Positions 9,432 to 19,287 of a stretch of DNA of 20,000 bases are shown here, piece by piece. Source of the stretch: Halocafeteria seosinensis. Lineage: Eukaryota. Below the pieces are notes generated by a model. It was not told the DNA's origin, ran no database searches, and saw nothing but the letters and a program-made list of their open reading frames with translations. Made by a program: the position numbers and the translations under genes. The DNA lies in contig LVLI01000346.1 of assembly GCA_001687465.1 (NCBI GenBank), forward strand, positions 107,486-127,485. Direction: 5' to 3'. How positions within the stretch are numbered: the first letter of the stretch is position 1; every line of letters starts with the position of its first letter.

Positions 9432-11070
9432 ATGACGGAAGGAGTATCATCGTCTGCCGCCTCCTCGGCGGCCCCTTCGAGGCCCCGGAGGCAAGCTACC
9501 AAGAGGCGCTTTAACGACGAGAATGCACCTCCCAACACCCCTGAGGGTGGCGTCAATGGCCAGCATGAAGAACAAGAGTTTGAAGACGATAGTACGACTG
9601 CTGCCGCGGCAGCCAGGCGGGCGAGGAAAAGAAAAATGCGAAATCGAGGTATCCGGAAACGTGGACGCCAGGCGCTTACAACGACAGGGAAGAAGGCAGC
9701 TGAAAGAAAGAAGAGAAAAACAAGGAACCAAAGCGCCGCTTCTGGAGGTGCAGCTGGCCGACAAGAAGAGGATGAAAATGAGCAGCCGGATGAAGAGAAC
9801 ATACCAGACAGCGTAATTGGTGAAGAGTTACTGGCATGCATCTCAAAAGACTTTTTTGGATCTTCCCAAAAGCATCAGTTTGACAAATACCACAGCATGG
9901 AGGAAGACGTAAGTCAGTTTAATTATCTTAGTCGTACCCATGGAAGACAATTTGGTTCTCGAATAGTGGGTTATCCGAGACTGTATCTTCGTTTCGTGCA
10001 GGTACGAGAGGCAACCTACCGCAAGTTATTTAGATTCGTTGTTTTGCAATGTGTTTGTGGGGGAAGGCCACTAAGAAAGAGAGACGTGGCGGAAGTTTTG
10101 CAAACGCATAGCCTGGCAATGTAAGCCTCACGAAGTTTCCTCCTGCAAACAGTTATTCAAAGGATACACCCGCGTACCGTTGACTGAGACAGGCCGATGT
10201 TGGATCGAGTAAATAATGCCCTGCGAAGAAAATTTGGCTTGGAACTTGTACCCCTTTTGGAGACAGTCACCGTAGAAGGTAACTATTTATCTAGTCTATG
10301 AGGTCTTGAGGCGCCGACAGCGCTTGGTATTGGCTTGCAGATACTGCGAGAAAAGCAAACTTCGTTTCCGGAAGAAGCAACACAGAGCTCATGGTCGTCA
10401 TTGCCAACCGAGACGATGAAGACCTCCCAGAACCTGTTTCATATCAGTCGAGAAAGTAAGTCTCAAGGTGTCGCCGGCATCATCAGCCTGCCCTCAGAAT
10501 GTGTATGTCTGGAACAGGGACTTGGGAAACTCACTTCCCCGAACCGACCGTTTATATCATTCACTAGCGATGGTTGTGATGAGTATTGTACTTCTTCAGG
10601 ATGAGCAGTGTGCCACAGCTGGTGGGTGCTATGCCAGCTGGTCGCTTTTACCATATTTCTGTCAATAGCTTCTTTTGAGGAATCATTCGATTACAGAGCT
10701 TATCAAAACCACGCTGGCAAGGGTTGACAGTAGATTTTCTTCGAAGAAACACCCAACCTTCGGTGAATGGGAATCTACTGTTTTTCGCCAATTCGTGGAC
10801 GAGTAAGTGGTTGCAGTGAACGCTTCTCAACCTGATTCAACAAAAATGGCATCTTTGGGTACTTCTTCGCTACGCAGTGGTATTCTGGATGCTTTGCGGG
10901 AGAACAATGAAGTATTTTATTACTTAGGTCCGGTTGCTCGATGTGAAATAGGTGCCCCCAACTTATACGATTTCGCGCACCGTGTTACCGAGGGTGAGAA
11001 CATGCACCAGACGAAACTGGAAAACGCTCTTCGCAAAGAAAGTCTAGGTGTTGAAGACGAATACACGTAA
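9432..11070 (+). CDS. NSE3: NSE3/MAGE-domain protein (Smc5/6 complex subunit), 7 exons, ~399 aa
   Basis: Exons 9432-9908, 10002-10120, 10193-10278, 10341-10455, 10518-10621, 10697-10802, 10878-11070 (GT-AG, frame-consistent). MAGE motifs in order: LFRFVVLQ..RPLRKRDV, NNALRRKFGLELV, LAMVVMSIVLLQDEQCATAELI, KKHPTFGEW...FRQFVDDGIL, FYYLGPVARCEIG...LYDFAHRV. Confidence 0.82.
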
Positions 11071-11766
11071 TATGGGTGCGTTCATAGTAGCGACAAACTA
11101 TAGCTCTTTTTCCGTTCGATAAAAGGTTTTCGTGGTAGACGAAGTACAACGGAACGTTGTACTTGTCTTGTGGCCAATACAGTACAGACTGAAACCAAGT
11201 TACGAACTTTCCCCTTTTGTAGACGCACTGCTCAATAAACAAACTCGTACTACCGATTGTCATGAAATTAGCCCACACGGCTCATAGTACTATCAACTAC
11301 GGCAAGACTTCCTGCGGAAACGAACTCCTTGTTCTGGCTGGAAGGATGTAGACGAGTTCAATGCAATTGGATTCTCAGATAGTTTCCAGTTCCATATATT
11401 CCGTCACTGTTGTGGGGCCCGTCTCCTCATCATGAATACTCTATCAGTGTTACAAAACACGATATTGAGCTTGGTGTTGCACTTTATACACTAGTTTCGT
11501 GTAGGAAGAGTGACTTCCAGCCTTGTGTCAGAGTCCTTCGTGCCCTGATTTCGAAGTGGTTTGAGCTCCTTCCATACGCCTAGTTAGGTGAGTGTACAAC
11601 GAGAGAAGAAGGCAGACAACACTGTGCCATGTGTATGAGACCTGAAATACCGATTTGTATGCAGGATAGAGAGGCTGCCGTCGTTTGTGAAGGGCTGTCC
11701 CTTAAAGGTTTCCGAGTGTATTTCAGAAGAGAAGACATTGGCGCCGCTTCCCACTCCAACAGTACG

Positions 11767-12972
11767 ATGACAGAACCAGCAGAAAACCTAATAGAAAAGC
11801 TCCCTCCGGAGGAACTTGATCCGGAGGTGCTAAAGGTAGGTGTTCCGGCGCCACCCCGTTTGGCGATTCCAACGAAGGACCGCCGTTTGTTCTATTTGGC
11901 TTGCAGAACAAAATTAAGGTACCATTGCCGGCCAAGTTAGCAGTAGGAGCAGTAGCTGGAATTGTGGGTACTTGTGCAATTTTCCCGATAGATATTGTGA
12001 AAACTAGGTTACAGAATCAGAAACGAGACAGTGCTGGTATGAGGTAGAAAGCGATGGCTTAGTGACTTTGTTATGAACATAAGTTGTTTTGGCTCGCTGT
12101 ATTTCGCAGGCAATTTAAGGTATAGAGGGCCTTTCCATGCGTTTAAATCGATCATTAAACGAGAAGGTATCCGAGGGTTGTACCGTGGGCTTGGGGCTAA
12201 CCTTGTTGGAGTTACACCAGAAAAAGCAATCAAGCTCAGTGTGAACGATGTTATTCGAGAAGTATGTAGCTCCTTGTACAACTATCTATCAAATTTGTAG
12301 ATCTTCGATGGAGGTATCGGTAAATCACTATTGCAGTATTTTACGGATAGAAACAAGGATGGGAAGATCACAATCGCCCAAGAAGTTCTCGCTGGAGCCG
12401 GTGCTGGATTCACCCAAGTCGTCGCGACCAATCCTATGGAGATCGTGAAGATAAGAATGCAGGTACAAGGAACCAATCCTAAGGATCGAATTTCAACTGC
12501 TCAGGTGGTCCGCAAGCTCGGAATTACGGGTCTCTATAGAGGGAGTTCAGCCACTCTGTTACGAGACGTCCCCTTCTCAGCGCTCTTCTTTCCAATGTAT
12601 GCAAATTTGAAGAAACTCATCGGGAATGAGGATACAATGCTGACATCCCTTGTAGCGGGATTCACAGCTGGAGCGGCTTCCTCAGGAATTTGCACCCCTT
12701 TTGACGTTGTAAAGACAAGGCTGCAAGTCTCCGGTGCAGCGAAGCGTTACAATGGTATGATTGACTGCTGTAAGAAAGTATTCCAAAATGAAGGCATGTT
12801 CGCTCTGTATAAGGGGTGTGGCCCCCGTATGATGGTCGTCGCTCCGTTATTCGGAATATCTCTGGTAGCGTTCGATGTCCAAAAGAGGTTTATGGCCAAG
12901 CAGCTTCTTAAAGCTAAAGAGACCGAGGCTGCACGTGCCTGGGCTTCCAAAAAGTCGGACTCTTCTTCCTAA
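11767..12972 (+). CDS. Mitochondrial carrier, glutamate carrier GC1/GC2 (SLC25A22/SLC25A18)-like, 4 exons, ~328 aa
   Basis: Exons 11767-11835, 11907-12036, 12110-12261, 12337-12972. Three carrier signatures: PIDIVKTRLQ, PMEIVKIRMQ, PFDVVKTRLQ. Asp/Glu-carrier family motifs LPAKL, GVTPEKAIKL.VND and LLRDVPFS. No EF-hand N-terminal domain. Confidence 0.92.
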
Positions 12973-12986
12973 GAATTACTGCCCGC

Positions 12987-14153
12987 TCACGTTCGGCGTA
13001 GTATCAGGATCTCTCTGAGATTGCTCATCCCGTCTTCAAAGATAGGCCCTTGGATCACATCCCATTCGCTATGGCTTCCATCTACATGTGAGACAGCGAT
13101 TAAGTCCCCGCTGTCGGGATTATTTGAGTCTTTCGGATCTATTAAGCCCTCTTGTCTCTTTATAAAATCTACAAACGACGTTGTACCTCCGCCAACTCCG
13201 AAGTAAAACCTCTTTGATGCCAGTATACAAATTCCACCCTTCCTCAACAAATCCTTGACAACATTCCATAATCTTGGGTAGTACCGTTCGTTATATAGAG
13301 TTTCACTTGCGACTATTATGCTATACTTTGGTGTTGATGCACCGGTTGAGAGTAGTCGTGCAGTGTCTTCCCAGTCTCCCGATACCAAAGTCGAGTTTCT
13401 CACTCCTAAGTACCCACAATTAGAGTCTATTGTCGGCAAGGTTAGCTTGTCGAGCACCTCTAAATTTAAGTCCTGAAACGTTACATTGAGTCCGTATAAT
13501 AAAGCTGCTTTGATAAACTTTGATAAATGCACATGCGAAATTTAATTGTCAACCGGCGGGAAGCACTACGTACCGACGCATCCTGGAAGTCCAGCTCCAC
13601 AGCCGAGCTCAAGAAAATGAGGAGACTCGTGCAAGAGCTTATGGGTCTCAGAAAAGTCCCCTGTTTTCGTTACACCGTGCTTGGAGAAGAACTCATCGAG
13701 AAAATCCAGCAGATCAAAAGTACACTCCCATATTTTAAAGCCTCCTTCGTAAATTCCTGGTGCGACATCTGAGTTAGCTAGGATGCCTTTCAGCGTCGAG
13801 TTACTCTCGATATCTGCACTCAAAGGCACAACCTGATAAAGCAGATTTCGCTCTGAAGTCTGGAGAGTTCGAAGATAGTGCAACTTTAAGTGTTTTCTTG
13901 GGTCCTGCCCGGAATATGTCTTTTCCAGTCTTGGAAGTAAAGTCTCGCTTCTCCACACGGTTCCCTGAGACTTGCTACTAGGCTCTATCTGATGTCCCTG
14001 CTCCTGCTCGCTAGACTCAACGGAATGTCCATTGAAAGGGTTACTGGCTGTGGCACTTCCTTCCCTATGATCGGTCTCTGTGAGAGCAGGGGGCTGCGAA
14101 TCAGCCTGCGATTCCTGCTTCCCTCCTTCGAGGTTAAAGTCGAATTTAAACAT
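12987..14153 (-). CDS. METTL18: Histidine protein methyltransferase 1 homolog (METTL18/Hpm1), 2 exons, ~365 aa
   Basis: Exons 14153-13574 and 13504-12987 (intron G|GTACGT...AAGCAG, with a NAGNAG acceptor). Motifs MFKFDF, DVAPGIYEGGFKIWECTFDL, LELGCGAGLPG, FQDLNLEVL..LTLP, SGDW, YSIIVASETLY, ASKRFYFGVGGG, REIL. Confidence 0.95.
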
Positions 14154-14299
14154 GGTCGGTGTTTACTGCATTGTCAATGATACTATTTTTCACTTTATTC
14201 TCAATGAGTTATAATCCTTGGAAACGCATAAATCTACTGGATTTATGTCGTGTATGGGAAAGTAAGTCCGGAGGGCCCATGACCCTCTAAATCGACGCC

Positions 14300-16388
14300 A
14301 TGGCTGATTCAAGCGACGCTACTGGGTATACACGACCTACCTCGGCCGATGGCACCGGACATAATGAGCAGGATACTATGACAGAAACTCTGCTCCGTCA
14401 ATCGGCCCTCAGCAAGAGATTCAAAGATACCCTGGATCAGTTGAGCGCAGCCAGAAATACCGTCAATGTGCCTTACTGGGTCACGCTGGTCAATGAAACA
14501 GGGATCCCCGTCTTCTCAGACAGCAATTATACCACCCTATCCACGGAGAACTCAGTTCACCACCATTTGAAACAGGCTTCCCCTTCACCGAGAAGCGATT
14601 CGACCCCATCAACGCCCTCCGGTGGCCGCAACAGAGGATCTCAATTAATGTTGACAGGCAAGTAAATTCCAGTGAATGCGTTTGCTCCAATTGAGGCAAA
14701 CGAAGACTGTTGCTATCATGAACTGTGCTATTTGAACAGGGCTACTGACGAATCTATTCAAGTCCTTGGATACGAATGAGGGGATAATTTTGGATACGTT
14801 TTCAACTGACAACGCCATTGTGTGTTATAATGAGCTACGTACTGGAGACCTCAAGGATGCAACGGAGATATCGGAAGAAGACGGTAACTCAAGGCAAGGG
14901 CTGTTTGTAATGGTCGTGGGGAAGCAGGCCTTCGAGCCTTGCCCTCGTGAGATGGCATTAAGAGCTCTACGTTACGTGAAGTCCTTGTTGACGATTTACG
15001 CTGGTCCCGCTGCTGTGGAACAAGTATTGAGAAATCCGAATAACAAAAAGCTTAGGAGCGCACTTCAGGTAAGACTGCTTATTCTTCGCCAATGCGTTCC
15101 TCTGTTGGCATGACATACTTCCGTCTGCTTCGCTCAGCCTGCTCGCTCGCGTGTACGTCATACCATAGAAGAGCTGGCATACTCTATGGTTGAGCCAGGT
15201 ATAGTCCACGGTATATCACATTTGAATAGTGGGTCTTTAGCGCCGTTTTGCGGAGAGTTAGCGACCGCCTTGCGATGTCGTTACGTTATGCTGTTAAACG
15301 GTCCAAAAATCATTTGTGCAAATCCTGCGTTTTGGCAGGAACTCCAAAATTTCAGTTTTGAAATTGCGGAAAGAGCATTCTGCACAGACCTTCAAGCAAA
15401 CGCATGGGCCGATCCGACGTCGGGTGACCAGGCGGCGAATTATCCGTTCGCATCCACTTTTCAGCTCAAACTTCCAGATCCAGAGTCCGCGTTCAGCTAT
15501 TTGGACGCGTATGCCCTAGTTACCTCCATATCGTTTCATTTGAGTTCGGCACAAGGAAGACAGAATCAGTTACGACTTAACGCTGGAATGCACCCATCGG
15601 GAACCAAAGCAGTTGCAGTGTTTGACGATGACGATACTCAGAGCGGCGTTCCTGAACGCGTTCGTAGAATTCATGTGGCATTATCCAGAAGGAGCGCAAA
15701 AGATAGGTCATGGCTGGAAACAATGGTAAATTTAATGAGCAGCCCTGACGCGAGTAATAGACCTTCACTAGCGAATCAACCGGCTAGCGCTATGCATTGG
15801 AGGAGTTTCAGCGATGAGCTGCAGTCCGCCATTCGAAACACCAACCAACCGACACCAAAAAAGTGCGGTGTTGTGAAGGAGTTGCATAAATTGTCTGCCA
15901 GGCTACCTGAACGTAGTGCTTCCACAGCACGGCGTGTTGTTTGCATCGTGTTCCGTCGGTACTTTCCGAAGTCAGATCTGCAAGGGTGCCAGTGGGTATT
16001 TTGGGATCCCAGCTTCACCCAAGAGGATCAAAAGATACAAGTTGAACTGCTATTGCAGGGGGCCATTAGGGAATCGGAGGTAATTACTGGTGAGTCACTA
16101 GGATTCACCACGAAGGAGTTTAGCTTCTGTTGTGCTCGCGTTAAGTCGGCGGCAGACTCTATTGTGAACATTGGCATTGCGTGTAGCCCAGCCGTGGGAT
16201 GGGTAAATCAGTTTCACTCTTTAACCAGAGAACTGGCAAGGCACTTTGAGAATGCCAGCTCCCGGACTACCGAACCAATGGATGCGCTGCTTCCTGCAGT
16301 AACGAAGTTACGGTTGGCTGCTACAGGCTTCACAGCAATTTTGGGACGCCGGAGTCAACTTCAAGATGGCGAGGAAGAAGATGACTGA
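14300..16388 (+). CDS. Fuzzy-like (FUZ/MON1/HPS1 family) longin-domain protein, 3 exons, ~645 aa
   Basis: Exons 14300-14657, 14740-15068, 15138-16388; intron 1 is GC-AG. Segments resembling recalled Fuzzy longin 1: VTLVNETGIPVFS, LMLTGLLTNLF, ILDTFSTDNAIVCY, LRYVKSLLTIYAG...NPNNKKLRSALQ. Segment resembling longin 2: ELATALRCRYVMLLNGPKIICANPAFW. Confidence 0.65.
16120..16388 (+). repeat. Source arm of a ~270-bp inverted duplication (3' end of the Fuzzy-like CDS)
   Basis: Its reverse complement aligns to 18827-19097, about 90% identical by eye, with a ~79-nt perfect core. Confidence 0.95.
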
Positions 16389-16712
16389 GTGCGTTCCTTC
16401 TTTGGACACGTTGCTCTGATTGTGGTCAAGGAAACGAACACATCGCGTGCATTAATCCGGTCCCTTGTACATTATTGGTTGATAAAGCTCTATTCTTCGT
16501 AAATTAAGGTATGAGTACGCCAGAGGTCATGATACTTCTTTGACTCTGAGCTTGGCACTCCTCTCCCCTTCCGGCCCCCCGTTTAAACCTTTTTTGTAGT
16601 TTTTGGAAGTTTGCAGGGATAAATACACATTCCAGTAATTCCACATTCTATGGTATTGCATTCCCTCCGATATTTTTGTATTCACCAAGCTATAGAGAAA
16701 GGATTATCTACA

Positions 16713-17511
16713 ATGCCGTCTCCACGCACGCGAAGACGTCATGATCAGCCTCAAGAGGTGGATGAGGCGGCTGAAATCGTTAAAAATGAGAGCCGAGTCA
16801 ACCGCCATGCCGAAGGATCAACAAGCCAGAAAACAATGCCTTTACGATCATCTTCTAGGAGCATGAATCAGAGAGACCAAGGTCACAGTTCAGATGAAGC
16901 ATACGAGCTGGAAGAAAGCGCAAAGAGTAACCATGGCAGCAGAAAATCATCGGGGAAGCGAGGAAACGAGCACGAATCAAGCACTCGCTCCAGCTTACAG
17001 GATAGCTCAACACTTACGATAAAACAAAGAGGGAGTGGAACGGATGCACAAAAAGGACAAAGGAACAGTAGAGGAAGTCACAGAGACAGAAGGAGGGATT
17101 CTTCCAGATCTCAACGATCGGCAGCGACAGAGGAATCTGCCCAATACCTCTCTGGCGACGAAGAAAACGATTTGTCGCTGCAGCTCGATAGAGATGACCA
17201 AGGGATTGCCCGTAGGAAAAAACCTAGACACACACGCTCCTCACAATCATCGCAACAGCAAAGGAATATGAAGCAAGAGCCTCAGGAAGGAGAGGAGGAG
17301 GAGCACGGTGGTGAACATTCTCCCCACGTCCTGGTTCAACCCTCCAAGGGAGACCCGAATAAGAGTCCTGTAAGATTAAAATGTGTTACTCGATATTCTT
17401 TCAATGTTATTCAATTATATTCTCATCAATTGATATGCACAGAGTGAATGGGTGGAGCGAATGAATAGTTACTTCGACACTATAGACGACGAGCCGCTAG
17501 AATGTCTCTAA
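16713..17511 (+). CDS. Sororin-like protein: disordered R/S/E/Q-rich body with C-terminal Sororin motif, 2 exons, ~241 aa
   Basis: Exons 16713-17369 and 17443-17511 (phase-0 intron CCT|GTAAGA...GCACAG). The last exon encodes SEWVERMNSYFDTIDDEPLECL*, which resembles the Sororin C-terminus (human, recalled: EWAAAMNAEFEAAEQFDLLVE). A basic patch, RRKKPRH, lies upstream. Confidence 0.65.
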
Positions 17512-17549
17512 AAGGGACAAAATCTCTTTCACTTCCGATGAGATGCATC

Positions 17550-18685
17550 TTACCAGAACGGAAGCCAGGCAGTGTACCAAACGTTAACCATACGTCGCAT
17601 TGGATCTACGGCGACAAAGCATGAGTTGTGAGGGTTCTCTTGTGGAAATAACCGTGCACTAGAGTCACCCTCGAACCCGTGCACTCGGAAGACACGAGAC
17701 GCCACCTTGATTTTCCCAGTTGACGCTTCTTTGTATACGGCCAACATATCCTTGTATAACTTCTTCACGGTTTCGTTGTATTCGTCCCATTTATCATCGT
17801 ACTGACAAAGCGAGCCTCCTGTCACAATAGTTCGATACAATTGCCAGAGAAACTCTTGCCTTTCATCGTCATCGTACAACTGAACAGTTTCAGCGCGCAC
17901 CATGGAGATCAAGAGTTCGAGAATATGAAAAACGCGGCGGAAGCGACTTACATAACTGTATTCTGCGTCATCCGATATGAATAGTTTACGTAGCTCGTCT
18001 CCAACGTTTACTCCTTCAAGCACATCATCAAAGCAACGGCGAATTAACCCCGAATGAGTGACAACTCCTGCAAATAGACATTGTTTTTCAACATCAGATG
18101 CTACAGGTAGGACTTCGTTTCCCGATTTCTTTACCTTCGTCTTGCAGTCGATCAAAGAAGCTCATACTTGTGACTGATACACTCAACTCCTCCCATTCCA
18201 CTTTGTCCACAGTCCCCTGCAAAGCTATTTTCTCTCGGTTTGACCCCACTATCTGAAGCCGACAGTTCAAGGTAAGGCATTTAGGATGACGCAGGAGAGC
18301 ATAACTGTGAAGGCATACATACTGGTAAACTCTCTCGCAATGCCTCGCAGTTGAATAAATCACAGAGGAAGTTACCTATGCCTTTCTTGCTCTCGTCTAG
18401 TTTTTCTTCGTAGGACAAACGAGAAGCGCTCAAAAAAGGTTCTAAATTCCATCTCATCAAGTTTTGTCGCATCTCCCTCTCCTTGAGGGACGGCAAGGCA
18501 TCTTGCACGCTCTGAGACAGCAGATGGAACGTGAATGCGTGGTTGCTCCATGATTGACCCGTTTCCTCCGTCTGTTCTTTCTGGTCCACTGCAGAGTCAT
18601 CGTGGTCTTTTTCCTCCTCCCGTTCCTCCGTATGGGACATGTCTTGAATGTCCAACTTAGTGGAGTCTTCGTGTTGTGCCGACAT
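17550..18685 (-). CDS. CFAP300: Cilia- and flagella-associated protein 300 (C11orf70; dynein arm assembly factor), 4 exons, ~308 aa
   Basis: Exons 18685-18323, 18252-18135, 18067-17952, 17879-17550 (GT-AG, frame-consistent). Motifs LMRWNL, TSMSFFDRL, IRRCFDD, DELRKL, ERQEFLW, GGSLCQYDD, KKLYKDM, LFP..NPHNSCFVAVDP.RR.VNVWY. Confidence 0.93.
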
Positions 18686-18826
18686 GGTGAATTCAAAAAA
18701 AAAAAATGTGAACGTCTATTCAGTGATTGTATTCACCTTCTTCCAACGTAACGACACATCAAAAATGGAACATGGTAACAATGCATTTCATTACGAATCT
18801 GTACGAAGTCTTGCTATTATTATTAT

Positions 18827-19097
18827 TCAGTGATCTTCTTTCTCGCCATCTTGAAGTTGACTCCGGCGTCCNAAAGTTGCTGTGAAGCCTGTAGAAGCCT
18901 AAGCGTAATTTGGTTTACTACAGGAAGCAGCGCATCCATTGGTTCGGTGATCCGGGAGCTGGCACTCTCGAAGCGTTGGCCAGTTCTCTGGTTAAAGAGT
19001 GAAACTGATTTACCCATCCCACGGCTGGGCTACACGCAATGCCAATGTTCACAATAGTCTGTCTGCCGACGACCTACGCGAGCGCAACAGAAGCTAA
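18827..19097 (-). pseudogene. Degenerate inverted copy of the last ~90 codons of the Fuzzy-like gene
   Basis: Matches 16120-16388 with substitutions and several 1-2 nt indels that shift the frame. The residual translation FESASSRITEPMDALLP compares with FENASSRTTEPMDALLP in the source. Homology stops exactly at the TGA. Confidence 0.9.
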
Positions 19098-19287
19098 TTC
19101 GAATAGAATATCGAAGTGTAATAACCTCAGAGTGAGTAGTGCATGATAAATTGTGAGTGGCTAATATGGGTATTGGGTGTTTAACACCCGCGAAGTTTTA
19201 ATTAATTTAGCGTTTCTTCGAAAACTTGGATGACTGGTCCGGATTTCGGACCGACATCCAACTCATTATAACCGGGGTTGTCCACCA

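Noticed and set aside
4013..9841. Antisense and alternate-frame ORFs (e.g. 4159-4581, 5275-5745, 6540-6827, 9317-9841)
   Set aside because: They are shadows of real coding or low-complexity sequence and carry no recognisable motifs.
11588..11664. Possible 5'UTR intron of the carrier gene (AG|GTGAGT...ATGCAG, 77 nt)
   Set aside because: The splice consensus is good, but no reading-frame constraint is available to verify it; transcript data are needed.
320..18685. Apparent excess of 3n-length introns (15 of 32)
   Set aside because: The sample is too small to separate from the one-third expectation, and most of these introns contain in-frame stops.
9432..18685. Functional gene cluster (two SMC-complex factors, two ciliary genes)
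   Set aside because: The genes are interleaved with unrelated housekeeping genes. With nine genes, such pairs can be coincidental without synteny data.
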